DNA from: an uncultured Actinomycetes bacterium
GTDB taxonomy: Bacteria; Actinomycetota; Acidimicrobiia; Acidimicrobiales; AC-9
DNA length: 64,000 bases
Reading direction: 5' to 3'
Assembly (NCBI GenBank): GCA_963731255.1
Contig: CAVSUO010000008.1
Coordinates: forward strand, 304,090 to 368,089
Shown here: positions 20,955 through 29,885 of the stretch, in pieces
How the letters are laid out: each line of letters opens with the position of its first letter
Position numbering within the stretch: the first letter of the stretch is position 1
Notes under the pieces: generated by a model
Database searches by the model: none
What the model saw: only the letters and a program-made list of their open reading frames with translations
Told to the model about the DNA's origin: nothing
Translations under genes and position numbers: made by a program

Positions 20955-21857
20955 ATGCCTCGAGCATCACGTTCATCAAACCCGGCCCGGCAACCGGGTA
21001 CCCGCAAGGGATCCGCTACAGCTGGTCGATCTTCGGCCCAGGCCGCCCGGGCCGCCAAGCCCCGCGCCGCCCCGGCGGCGAAGACGAGTCGGTCCGGCGG
21101 GCGAAGCCCGCAGGCGCGAGGCGCGACGGTCGCCACGGGAGGTCGGACCGGCGGGAAGGCCGACGCATCCGGGACCCGGTCGGAACGGGGACGGGCAGCG
21201 GGGGCATCGGGCAGGGCCCAGCGGGGCGGTGGGACGTCGGCCACCGCCAAACGCGGCAGCGACCGGGTGGCGACGCGGCGCGCCGGCAGCGGAGCCCGGA
21301 CCAAGGCCGGGGCGAGCACACGAGTGCCGACCAAGGCCCGGACCGGGCGAGCGCCAGCGCCCAAGGCCGGCGCCAGGAGGGTGGCAGAACGGGAACGGGC
21401 GGGCACCGCCAAGACACTGGCTCGTCGGGCGGGTGCCGCCACGTCCACTGGCGGGGCGGCGAAGGCCCCGAAGGCGCGGCGCAAGGTCACGGACAAGTTC
21501 CTGCTGGAGCAGCAGGGCCTGCTGCGGGCCGAGCGGGCTACCTACCTCGAGCAGGCCGAGGCGCTCAAGGCCGAGGCCGATTCCCTGGCCCAGGAGATGG
21601 AGCCCGGCGACGTGCAGTTCGACGAGGAGTCCGGCGAGGGCGGCACCGTCACCGTGGACCGCGAGCGGGACCTGGCCCTTTCCGCCCAGGCGAGGGCGGC
21701 CGTCGAGGACATCGACCACGCTCTGGCCAAGATCGAGTCCGGCACCTACGGCTTGTGCGAGGGCTGCGGCGAGCCGATCCCGAGGGCCCGGCTCAAGGCT
21801 CTGCCACAGGCCCGGCTGTGCGTCACCTGCAAGAGCGGGGGGTTGTCGAGGCGCTGA
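20955..21857 (+). CDS. DksA/TraR C4 zinc-finger protein with a long basic Ala/Arg/Gly/Lys-rich N-terminal extension
   Basis: C-terminal CEGCGEPIPRARLKALPQARLCVTC preceded by a coiled-coil. The first roughly 190 aa are low-complexity and basic. Only this 3' part of ORF 18870..21857 is credible; the rest is antisense to ileS. Confidence 0.75.
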   Translation: MPRASRSSNPARQPGTRKGSATAGRSSAQAARAAKPRAAPAAKTSRSGGRSPQARGATVATGGRTGGKADASGTRSERGRAAGASGRAQRGGGTSATAKRGSDRVATRRAGSGARTKAGASTRVPTKARTGRAPAPKAGARRVAERERAGTAKTLARRAGAATSTGGAAKAPKARRKVTDKFLLEQQGLLRAERATYLEQAEALKAEADSLAQEMEPGDVQFDEESGEGGTVTVDRERDLALSAQARAAVEDIDHALAKIESGTYGLCEGCGEPIPRARLKALPQARLCVTCKSGGLSRR

Positions 21858-22321
21858 GCCGGGACTGGTCTCGCCCACACCTCCAGCTGATCATCGGGGG
21901 GACGGCAGCTCTCGTCGTCGCCGTGGACCAGTTGACCAAGTCGCTGGCCGTGCACTTTCTCCGCGACGCTCCGGTGCACCTGGTCGGTCCGCTGCGCCTC
22001 GCCCTCACGTTCAACTCGGGAGCCGCCTTCAGCCTGGCTCGAGGCCTCACACCCGAGCTGGTGATCGTCGGCGTGGCCCTCATCGCTGTCGTCGTCGTGG
22101 TCGGGCGGACCGCCTCGACCGCGTCGACGGCGATCGCCGTGGGCCTCATCCTGGGTGGCGCAGTCGGGAACCTGGTCGACCGGCTGGTCCGGTCCAACGG
22201 GGGCGCCGTGATCGACTTCATCGACCTGCGTTACTGGCCGACGTTCAACGTGGCCGACGCGTGCATCGTGGTTGGTGCCTTCCTGCTGATCGCCGTCGGG
22301 TTTCGCCGGCGGGCGCCGTGA
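21818..22321 (+). CDS. lspA: Lipoprotein signal peptidase II
   Basis: DQLTK, FNSGAAFS, GGAVGNLVDR and DFIDL..WPTFNVAD motifs. GTG 21818 overlaps the end of the preceding gene. Confidence 0.85.
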   Translation: MRHLQERGVVEALSRDWSRPHLQLIIGGTAALVVAVDQLTKSLAVHFLRDAPVHLVGPLRLALTFNSGAAFSLARGLTPELVIVGVALIAVVVVVGRTASTASTAIAVGLILGGAVGNLVDRLVRSNGGAVIDFIDLRYWPTFNVADACIVVGAFLLIAVGFRRRAP

Positions 22322-23241
22322 AGGCTTCCATTCCAGCGGCGCTGTCGGGCGAGCGGGTCGACCGGGCTGTGGCTCTTCTGGGCGGCTTGACCCGAGCCCA
22401 GGTGGCCGAGCTGGTGCGAGCAGGCCGGGTACGGCTGTCGGGCACGCGGGTGTCGACCCGCAGCCGTCGGGTGGCCGGAGGGGAGGACCTCGAGGTGGAC
22501 CTGCCGCCTCCAGGTGCTCCGCCCGGGGTCGAACCCGACCCCACGGTCGACGTGGCGGTCGTCCACGCCGACGACGACATCGTGGTCGTCGACAAACCCT
22601 CCGGCCTGGTCGTCCATCCAGGTGCGGGCAACCGCGCCGGCACGCTCGTGCATGGCCTGGTCGGACGATTTCCCGATCTGGCCGACGCTGGAGCGGGCCA
22701 GCCGGATCGTCCCGGCATCGTCCAGCGCCTCGACAAGGGCACCTCGGGCCTCATGGTGGTGGCCCGGACGCCGGCTGCCCACCGGTCGCTGGTGGCCCAG
22801 CTCAGCGCCCGGCCCAGGGGTGTCGAGCGTCGGTACCTCGCCCTGGTCCTGGGGTCGGTCGAGGCCGACGCCGGAGAGGTCGAGGCCCCGATGGGGCGGT
22901 CGGACCGCGACCCGACGCGAATGGCCGTGTCCCGCCGGGGCCGTCCGGCACGCACCGTGTACGTGGTCCAGCGGCGCTACCAGCACCCACAGACGGCGAG
23001 CCTGGTGGACTGCGGGCTGGAGACCGGCCGCACCCACCAGATCCGGGTGCACATGGCTGCCATCGGTCACCCCGTGGCCGGCGATCCCCGCTACGGGGGC
23101 GCCACGCCCGGCCTGGCGCTCGGGCGACCGTTCCTGCATGCCCACCGGTTGTGCTTCGACCACCCCCGCAGCGGGGAGCGACTCAGCTTCTCGTCCCCGC
23201 TGCCACCCGACCTGCAGGCGGTGCTGGCCAGCCTCTCGTGA
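22318..23241 (+). CDS. rluD: RluA/RluD family 23S rRNA pseudouridine synthase
   Basis: S4-like N-terminus, with VVDKPSGLVVHP, VQRLDKGTSGLMVVA and GRTHQIRVH motifs. GTGA overlap with lspA. Confidence 0.85.
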   Translation: MKASIPAALSGERVDRAVALLGGLTRAQVAELVRAGRVRLSGTRVSTRSRRVAGGEDLEVDLPPPGAPPGVEPDPTVDVAVVHADDDIVVVDKPSGLVVHPGAGNRAGTLVHGLVGRFPDLADAGAGQPDRPGIVQRLDKGTSGLMVVARTPAAHRSLVAQLSARPRGVERRYLALVLGSVEADAGEVEAPMGRSDRDPTRMAVSRRGRPARTVYVVQRRYQHPQTASLVDCGLETGRTHQIRVHMAAIGHPVAGDPRYGGATPGLALGRPFLHAHRLCFDHPRSGERLSFSSPLPPDLQAVLASLS

Positions 23242-23269
23242 GTGGCGCTCCGCTGGGCGGCATCGCCAC

Positions 23270-23392
23270 AGCCCCGGGCGGGGCCCCAGCCCGCCCCACT
23301 GCCGGCCGTTCTGCTGGCGGCTTCGCCGCCCCGGGCGGGGCCCCATCCCCGCCCTCCTCCGAGCGGCGGGGGCCCCCAGCCCCGCCGCCGGC
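23270..23392. repeat. Array of three related GC-rich stem-loops in the convergent rluD/sigma spacer (likely bidirectional terminators)
   Basis: Hairpins at 23276-23297 (GGGCGGG/CCCGCCC), 23333-23354 (GGGCGGGG/CCCCGCCC) and 23365-23386 (GGCGGGG/CCCCGCC). Units 1 and 3 are followed by GCCGGCCGT. Confidence 0.55.
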
Positions 23393-23394
23393 CG

Positions 23395-24312
23395 TCAGGC
23401 GGCGAGCAGGAGGGACTCGAGCTCGGGGAAGGTGGCCAGGCGACGGAGGGCGTCGCCTTCGACCTGTCGTGCCCGCCGCACGCCGATGCCCAGGCGTCGG
23501 GCCGTGTTCTCGAGGGACGCGGGCTGGCCCGTGTCGAGCCCGAACCGCAGCCACAGCACGTCACGCTCGAGGGGGCTCAAGCTCTCGACGGCTCGCCGGA
23601 GCTGGTCTCGCCCTATGGCCGCGTCCACCTCCTCCTCGAAGGCCTCGCCGGCGGGAGCCACCAGCTCGCCCAGGCTGGTCTCCGAGTCCGGCCCGACCGT
23701 CTGGTCCAGGCTGGCCACGACCCGCGCCGCCTGACGCAGATCCGACAGCTGGCTGCGCGTGACGCCGGCCGCCTCGGCCAGCTCCTCGTCGTCGGGCTCG
23801 CGTCCCAACTCGACGGCCAGCTCGCGGCGGGCGGTGTCGACCCGACGAGACCGCTCGGCGGCATCCATGGGCAGGCGAATGGACTGCCCCGTGTTGTGCA
23901 CGGCCCGCTGGAGGGCCTGACGGATCCACCACGTGGCGTAGGTCGAGAACCGGAATCCCCGCCGCCAGTCGAACTTGTCGACCGCCCGCATCAGGCCGAA
24001 GGTGCCCTCCTGGACGAGGTCGCCCAGGTCCACGCCCCGGTCCTGGTACAGACGGGCCCAGTGCACGACCAGCCGCAGGTTGGCCGTGATCATGCGCTGC
24101 CTGGCCTCGTCGTCACCGGCTTCGATCCGCTGAGCCAGCTCCACCTGCTGCTCGGCCGTGAGCAGGGGATATCTGGCCAGGTCGTCGAGGAAGAGCCCGA
24201 CGGCATCGCCCAGCGGCGCAGATGTCCTTCTCGCCGCATCCTTGGTGGCGGTATCCCGTGCTCTAGCGATGATGTTCACTCCTCTCGAACTGATCCCCAA
24301 AGACCCAAACAC
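23395..24312 (-). CDS. Sigma-70 family RNA polymerase sigma factor (group 2/3-like, regions 2-4)
   Basis: [54 protein letters not shown] and a region 4 HTH ([18 protein letters not shown]). The start codon is uncertain. Confidence 0.85.
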   Translation of the reverse strand: MFGSLGISSRGVNIIARARDTATKDAARRTSAPLGDAVGLFLDDLARYPLLTAEQQVELAQRIEAGDDEARQRMITANLRLVVHWARLYQDRGVDLGDLVQEGTFGLMRAVDKFDWRRGFRFSTYATWWIRQALQRAVHNTGQSIRLPMDAAERSRRVDTARRELAVELGREPDDEELAEAAGVTRSQLSDLRQAARVVASLDQTVGPDSETSLGELVAPAGEAFEEEVDAAIGRDQLRRAVESLSPLERDVLWLRFGLDTGQPASLENTARRLGIGVRRARQVEGDALRRLATFPELESLLLAA

Positions 24313-24427
24313 CCCGATCGCCCCGGCAATTCCGCCGGGGCCGGGGGTGTATGCCGTCTATGCGCCCCGCCCCGTCGATGTGGCGGCCGCCGCCCGGCCG
24401 CCTCCGCCTCCACTGTCGGTGTGGTGA

Positions 24428-25516
24428 GTGCCTCCGGTCCGTGCGCCTGGCCCGAGGCGGCGGCCCACCCGGACCACTTGCCCAGTCTTACCCATTGCGG
24501 TTGGATCGCGCTCGATGGTTTCCGAGCCCGATTCGCCGTCCGGGAGCGGCGAATCCGGCCCGGGAGGCCGGCCCAGGAAGGCAGCCGGCCCGGGAGGCCG
24601 GCCCAGGAAGGCAGCCGGCCCGGGAGGCCGGCCCAGGAAGGCAGCCGGCCCGGGAGGCCGGCCCAGGAAGGCAGCCGGCCCGGGAGGCCGGCCCAGGAAG
24701 GCCCCCGGATCGGGCAGATCAGGCGGGTCGCCCGGTCCCACCACCCTGGCCGTCGACATCGGGGGCACGGGGGTCAAGGCCTCGGTGCTCGATCGGGCGG
24801 GCGCCATGATGGTCGACCGCCTGCGGGTGAAGACGCCCCATCCCTGCCCGCCGGGCGTGCTCGTGGACTCCCTGTGTGGGCTGTCCGAACGCCTTCCGCC
24901 CTTCGACCGGGTGTCGGTGGGCTTCCCCGGCGTGGTGCGCCAGGGTCGGGTCGTCACCGCCCCCAACCTGTCCACCAGGGGCGGGGCCGGCACGCCCGTG
25001 CTGGACGAGCTGGTGCAGGCGTGGCACGGCTTCGATCTGTCCGCCGTCATCGAGGAGCGGACCGGCAAGCCGACCCGCGTGGTCAATGACGCCGATCTCC
25101 AGGGCCTCGGCGTGGTGAAGGGAGAGGGTCTCGAGCTCGTGATCACGTTGGGCACGGGCATGGGCAGCAGCTTCTTCCTGGACGGCGAGCTGGCCCCCCA
25201 CCTGGAGCTCGCCCACCATCCCTTCCGCAAGGGCGAGACCTACGAGGAGCAGGTGGGAGAGGCGGCCCGAGTCAGGATCGGCAACAAGCGCTGGAGCCGA
25301 CGGGTGGCCGTGGCGGCCGAGACCCTGGATGCGCTCATGCTCTTCGACCGGCTCTACGTCGGCGGGGGCAACGCCAAGCACCTCAAGGTCGACCTGGGGG
25401 AGAAGGCGGTGCTGGTCGGCAACACCGGCGGGATCCTCGGAGGCCTTCGGCTCTGGGACGGGGCGGGCGACGGCCGCCGGCTCCGGGCGACGGCGCCCCG
25501 GCGGCCCCCGGGCTAG
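24428..25516 (+). CDS. ppgK: ROK family kinase, polyphosphate glucokinase-like, with a repeat-containing N-terminal extension
   Basis: LAVDIGGTGVK, GFPGVV, VVNDADLQG, ITLGTGMGS and YVGGGNAKH motifs. The alternative in-frame start is ATG 24515. Confidence 0.75.
   Translation: MPPVRAPGPRRRPTRTTCPVLPIAVGSRSMVSEPDSPSGSGESGPGGRPRKAAGPGGRPRKAAGPGGRPRKAAGPGGRPRKAAGPGGRPRKAPGSGRSGGSPGPTTLAVDIGGTGVKASVLDRAGAMMVDRLRVKTPHPCPPGVLVDSLCGLSERLPPFDRVSVGFPGVVRQGRVVTAPNLSTRGGAGTPVLDELVQAWHGFDLSAVIEERTGKPTRVVNDADLQGLGVVKGEGLELVITLGTGMGSSFFLDGELAPHLELAHHPFRKGETYEEQVGEAARVRIGNKRWSRRVAVAAETLDALMLFDRLYVGGGNAKHLKVDLGEKAVLVGNTGGILGGLRLWDGAGDGRRLRATAPRRPPG
24556..24705 (+). repeat. Perfect 30-bp tandem repeat x5 (ccggcccgggaggccggcccaggaaggcag), in frame within ppgK
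   Basis: Copies 1-4 are identical and copy 5 differs only in its last bases. It encodes (GPGGRPRKAA)n. Read directly from the sequence. Confidence 0.95.
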
Positions 25517-25541
25517 GCGCTCGCGCCGGCGCCTGCCTCTC

Positions 25542-25605
25542 GACGCCGGCCTCCCGGGCCGGCCGTGCTCACTGACGCCGGCCTCCCGGGCCGGCCGTGC
25601 TCACT
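25542..25605. repeat. Perfect 32-bp tandem duplication, each copy holding a GCCGGCC-tcccg-GGCCGGC hairpin (terminator-like)
   Basis: gacgccggcctcccgggccggccgtgctcact occurs twice (25542-25573 and 25574-25605), with hairpins at 25545-25563 and 25577-25595. Copy 2 contains the stop codon of the DUF2630 gene. Confidence 0.85.
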
Positions 25606-25843
25606 GCCGGTAGTGCTCGACGGTGTCGGTGTCGCGAGCCTCGGCCTCGTCCGGGTCGAGACCCGCGTGGCGGCGGGCCCGCCGCTGGCGCAGCAGGTCC
25701 CAGCACTGGTCCAGGCTCGCCTCCAGGCTGGCGAGACGGCGCTCCTGAGCCTCGTCCAGGCCGTCCGCACCCGCCGCCTCGAGCAGGGTGTGCTCTTCGC
25801 CGACCAAGCCGCCGATGTGCCCGAGGATCTCCTTGTCGTCCAC
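25601..25843 (-). CDS. DUF2630-like small protein
   Basis: 80 aa, MDDKEILGHIGGLVGEEHTLLE...GLDPDEAEARDTDTVEHYRQ. The family assignment is from memory of actinobacterial DUF2630 sequences. Confidence 0.6.
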   Translation of the reverse strand: MDDKEILGHIGGLVGEEHTLLEAAGADGLDEAQERRLASLEASLDQCWDLLRQRRARRHAGLDPDEAEARDTDTVEHYRQ

Positions 25844-25853
25844 GGGTACCGGT

Positions 25854-26851
25854 CTACTCGACGAGCTCGACCGGTGTCACCGTGACCTCGAGGACCCGAT
25901 CGTCGCGGAGGATACGAAGTACGGCGGCCTTGCCGATGGCGTCGCCGATCATCAGCGTCTGCAGGTCGCCCGCCGTCTCGACATCGGTGTCGTCGATGCT
26001 GAGGATGACGTCCTTGGGTCGCAGGCCGGCCCGGGCGGCGGGGCTCGCCTCGACGACCTCGGCGACGCCGACGCCGGCGTCCCGCCCGAGGACCGAGCTC
26101 TGGCGGGGCGGCAGGGCCCGAAAGGCTCCGGCGATCCCGATGTAGGCCCGGCGGAACCTGCCCTCGCTCATCAGGGCGCCGATGATCTGCCGGGTCGTGG
26201 CATTGACCGGCACGGCCAGGCCCAGCCCCATGCCGGCCACGGCGGTGTTGATCCCGACGACCTCCGAGCGGCCGTCGGCGAGGGCGCCCCCGAGTTGCCC
26301 GGGTTGAGGGCGGCGTCGGTCTGGATCACGTTCTCGACGATCCGGGTGGCGCTGCCGGCCCTGGTCGGCAGGGACCGCCCCAGCCCGCTCACCACGCCGG
26401 CGGTCACCGAGCCGGCCAGCCCGAGCGGGTTTCCGATGGCGACGACCAGCTGGCCGACCCGAAGCGCGTCGGCGTCACCCAACACCGCCGGACTGAGTCC
26501 GGAGCCCCGGGCGCGGACCACGGCCAGGTCGGAGAGCCGGTCCGTGCCCACGATCTCGAGCTCGAGCTCGCGGCCGTCGGTGAAGCTGGCCGTCCCCGTG
26601 CGGCTCCCGCCGACGACGTGGGCCGAGGTCAGCATGAACCCGTCGGGTGTGATGGCGACCCCGGTGCCCGCACCCTCGGGCGCCTCGCGGGCTCCCCGCC
26701 GACCGGGGCGGCCGACGCGAAGGCTGGCGACCGATGGCAGCAGGGTGGCAGCCACCGAGGACACGACTCTCGAGTAGGCGTCGAGAGGTGCCTCGTCGCG
26801 TACCTCGGGTGTCGTGACGAGCACGTCGTCGGGCAGGTGATGTTCGGTCAT
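25854..26851 (-). pseudogene. htrA: HtrA/DegP-type trypsin-like serine protease with a PDZ domain; 1-nt deletion inside the GNSGG motif
   Basis: TSAHVV (His), DLAVV (Asp) and NPGNSG then frame loss at the C-run 26287-26291 (five, six expected). The PDZ domain is in ORF 25854..26240. AGGAG lies before ATG 26851. Confidence 0.85.
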
Positions 26852-26861
26852 GCGTGCTCCT

Positions 26862-27401
26862 CTAGATCGTCGTCGGTCCCTCGCCCCGCACCCGGTGCAC
26901 GTGCACCAGGGCGTCGCGGAGGTCGGTCAACCAGTCCGTCTCGTGTCGGCCCACCAGGCGGACGCACCAGGCCAGTGCGTCGCTGCGACTGCGGGCCACG
27001 CCCGCAGCGACGAGGATGTCGAGCACCGCCCGCTCGCCCATGCGCAGCCGGGTCATGACAGGGACGCTCATGGTCGTGAAGAGCTCGTGAGACTCGCCGC
27101 AACGCGCTCCCCACGACACCTTGCGGCCGAATGCGTGCTCGGCCTCCTCGGCGGTGCGCATCCGCCCTTCACGCGTCTCCTCCCGAAACTGGCGGATGCG
27201 GGCCACCCTCGCCGCCGCCTTCGTCGCATCGGTGGAACCCCGCTCGATCGCGGGCTCGTCGAGGCTCCCGACGATGAGGATCTCGTCGTCGTCCACGTTC
27301 ACGGTGGGTGACTCGGCGAACCAGCCCCGTGGTACGTGCTGCACGATCCACCGCCGGATGTGCTCGGTCTCTGCTCGCTCTGACTGCGCCTTGGGTGCCA
27401 T
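26862..27401 (-). CDS. Conserved hypothetical protein with a C-terminal ribbon-helix-helix-like segment, co-oriented upstream of htrA
   Basis: Intact 179-aa [41 protein letters not shown] resembles a strand-helix-helix fold. The stop lies 10 nt before the htrA ATG. Confidence 0.5.
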   Translation of the reverse strand: MAPKAQSERAETEHIRRWIVQHVPRGWFAESPTVNVDDDEILIVGSLDEPAIERGSTDATKAAARVARIRQFREETREGRMRTAEEAEHAFGRKVSWGARCGESHELFTTMSVPVMTRLRMGERAVLDILVAAGVARSRSDALAWCVRLVGRHETDWLTDLRDALVHVHRVRGEGPTTI

Positions 27402-27627
27402 GGTCTTACAAGATTACACCGTTTCGGCGAGAGGCAGACGGGTTCGTCGGGCCGGTTCGGTCAGCGTGGAGATCGGGTGGGCCGCGAGGTGCGAACCGAT
27501 ACCCTTTGGCCGTGGGCGGTCAACGGCGCCTTGCCTTGGGGACCGGCTCGTCGAGGGGTCTCCACAGGCAGGCTCCGTGACGTCGGTGGCACCGGAGGGC
27601 CGAGTGGCGCGGGGCGCATGGCCGACC

Positions 27628-28833
27628 ATGAGGCCCCATCGGCCCGAGCCGTCCGCCGAGCCGTCACCAGGCGAGCCTGCTCGGCCGGGACGGCGGCGGA
27701 CCTGGATCAGGTGGGTCCGCGGGATCCTCGCCGTCGTCATCCTGATCGCGGCCGCCGTCGCCGCCAGCACCCAGACCAAGCAGCTGGGGCGGGGCGCAGC
27801 CCTGCTGACCCATATCGAGTGGGGCTGGCTGGTCGTCGCCATCGCCTTCGAGCTGGCGTCGCTGGTCGTCTTCGCCCGTCTCCAGCGGTGGCTGCTGCAC
27901 GCCGGCGGCGTGCGTCTCGGGTTCGGGGCGCTCTTCGAGATCACCCTGGCCGGCAACTCGCTGGCGGTCACGCTGCCGGGCGGCGCCGTCTGGGCCGCCG
28001 CCTTCGCCTTCGAGCAGCTCCGGCGCCGCGGTGCCGACCGGGTGCTGGCCGAGTGGGTGATCCTCGTCGCCGGCGCCCTGTCGAGCTTCGCCATCTTCTG
28101 CATCCTCGCCACCGGTGTCTGGGTGGCCGGCAGCCAGGGCCCCGTTGCCAGCCTGCGGTGGCTGGCGGTCGCGCTGGCGGCCATCCCGGTGCTCGCCGGG
28201 GCCGTGGGCCTGGCGGTGCGCTACTCCTCGTGGGCTCGACAGCGGTGCCGCGCGTTGGTGGCGTGGACCGAGCGCCTCGTTCCCCGGAGCGGACGGGTCG
28301 CAGCGGTCCTGCAGCTGTTCTGGTCGCGGGTCCGGCGCGTCCGTCCCGGCCTGCGCGGCTGGCTGGTGGCCTTCGCCCTGGCCATGGCCAACTGGCTCTG
28401 CAACTGCGCAACGCTGATCGCCTGCACGCTCGCCCTCGGGGCCCACGTCCACTGGCGGGGCGTGCTCGTCGCCTACGCCCTGGCCCAGATCTCGGCCAGT
28501 CTCCCGATCACTCCCGGCGGCATCGGGATCGTCGAGGGGAGCCTCACCTTCGCCTTGATCGCCTACGGGCAGAGCGCCAGCGAGGCAGTGGCCATCGTGC
28601 TCCTCTACCGCATCGTGAGCTTCTGGGGTGTCGTCCCCCTCGGCTGGTTGTCCTGGGCCTACCTGGCGCTGCAGCAACGCCGGGGTCGGCGCCACGGCAA
28701 GCACCATCCCTGGGCCATCCACCACCGTCAGCGCCCGTCCCGATCGGAGCGCCCGACCGAGCGGCGCGACGTCGACACCGGCAGCCCGGTGTCACCGACC
28801 GGTCACCCCCTCGACGCGCGGAGGGCGACCTGA
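27628..28833 (+). CDS. Flippase-like / LPG-synthase-TM (YbhN, UPF0104) family membrane protein
   Basis: Polytopic membrane protein with the [15 protein letters not shown] motif typical of this family. ATG 27628 lies within ORF 27121..28833. Confidence 0.6.
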   Translation: MRPHRPEPSAEPSPGEPARPGRRRTWIRWVRGILAVVILIAAAVAASTQTKQLGRGAALLTHIEWGWLVVAIAFELASLVVFARLQRWLLHAGGVRLGFGALFEITLAGNSLAVTLPGGAVWAAAFAFEQLRRRGADRVLAEWVILVAGALSSFAIFCILATGVWVAGSQGPVASLRWLAVALAAIPVLAGAVGLAVRYSSWARQRCRALVAWTERLVPRSGRVAAVLQLFWSRVRRVRPGLRGWLVAFALAMANWLCNCATLIACTLALGAHVHWRGVLVAYALAQISASLPITPGGIGIVEGSLTFALIAYGQSASEAVAIVLLYRIVSFWGVVPLGWLSWAYLALQQRRGRRHGKHHPWAIHHRQRPSRSERPTERRDVDTGSPVSPTGHPLDARRAT

Positions 28834-29407
28834 TCGTCACCCTCGTCCGTCACGGCGAGACGGACTGGAGCCGCTCAGGGCGTCACACCGGACGCACGGA
28901 TGTCCCACTGACCGACGGGGGACGGCGTCAGGCCGAGCAGGCGGGGGCCGAGCTCGCCGGCCGGCGGTTCTCGCGCTGGTGCTGACCAGTCCCCTGACCC
29001 GCGCCGCGGAGACGTGCCGGCTGGCCGGCGTGGGCGACGGCGAGCCGTGCGACGACCTGCTCGAGTGGGACTACGGCGACTACGAAGGTCGCACGACCGA
29101 CGACATCCGCGCCGAGCGACCGGGCTGGCTCCTCTGGCGCGACGGGTGTCCAGGAGGCGAGCGACCTGACGACGTGGGACGGCGGGCCGACCGTGTCATC
29201 ACCGCCATCCGGGACGCCACCGGTGACGTCATCCTCTTCGCCCATGGCCACATCCTGCGGGTGCTGGCGGCCCGCTGGGTGGGACTGGCGCCGGCGGACG
29301 GGAGCCGCCTGGCGCTCGACCCGGCGACGATCAGCGTCCTCGGCTACGAGCGGGAGACCTCCGTCATCCGGTTGTGGAACGACGAGCCTTCCCGGTCGGC
29401 TAGGTGA
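28834..29407 (+). pseudogene. Histidine phosphatase (phosphoglycerate mutase superfamily), one frameshift at about 28965; start unresolved
   Basis: [10 protein letters not shown] (RHG motif) is in ORF 27477..28985. TSPLTRAAET and FAHGHILRVL are in ORF 28628..29407. Confidence 0.7.
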
Positions 29408-29855
29408 GCGGGGCCAGGGGCGTGGCCCACCCGCGCGACCGTGAGACCATGTCGGCGAGCGTGAAGGAGTCGAGGTGGGACCGCATGTGCCCGCCCACCT
29501 CCGACCACACCGCCAGCAGCACGCACTGGCCCTCGTGGTCGCAGGCACCGTTCTGGTGGGGGGAGCCGAAGTCGCCGGCCACGATGGGGCCGTCGACGGC
29601 GCTCACGATCTGGCCCAGGGTGATCTCGTCCGCCGGCCGGGCCAGGACGTAGCCACCGCCCACGCCCCGCTTGGAGCGCACCAGGCCGGCGCCCTTCAGG
29701 GCCAGGAGGATCTGCTCGAGGTACGGCTGGGGTAGGCCGGTCCGCTCGGCCAGGTCGCGTACCGAGGTGGGTCCGTCGTCGGCTGCGTGCAGCGCCAGGG
29801 ACAGCAGCGCCCGGCTGGCGTAGTCACCCCTCGTCGACACCTTCACGTATTCCAT
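29400..29855 (-). CDS. Rrf2 family transcriptional regulator
   Basis: MEYVKVSTRGDYASRALLSLA, with the HTH segment SVRDLAERTGLPQPYLEQILLALKGAGLVRSKRGVGGGY. Confidence 0.85.
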   Translation of the reverse strand: MEYVKVSTRGDYASRALLSLALHAADDGPTSVRDLAERTGLPQPYLEQILLALKGAGLVRSKRGVGGGYVLARPADEITLGQIVSAVDGPIVAGDFGSPHQNGACDHEGQCVLLAVWSEVGGHMRSHLDSFTLADMVSRSRGWATPLAPLT

Positions 29856-29885
29856 GGTAGGGCGCCTGGGCGTAAGGTCGCTGTA

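Noticed and set aside
23270-23392. The C-rich hairpin loops considered as a 6C-type small RNA.
   Set aside because: The C runs are largely consumed in the stems and the architecture (three G/C hairpins in a convergent spacer) fits terminators or REP elements better. I cannot run a covariance model.
24556-24705. The direct repeats considered as a possible CRISPR array.
   Set aside because: The repeats are contiguous with no spacers, lie in frame inside a coding region, and have no cas genes nearby.
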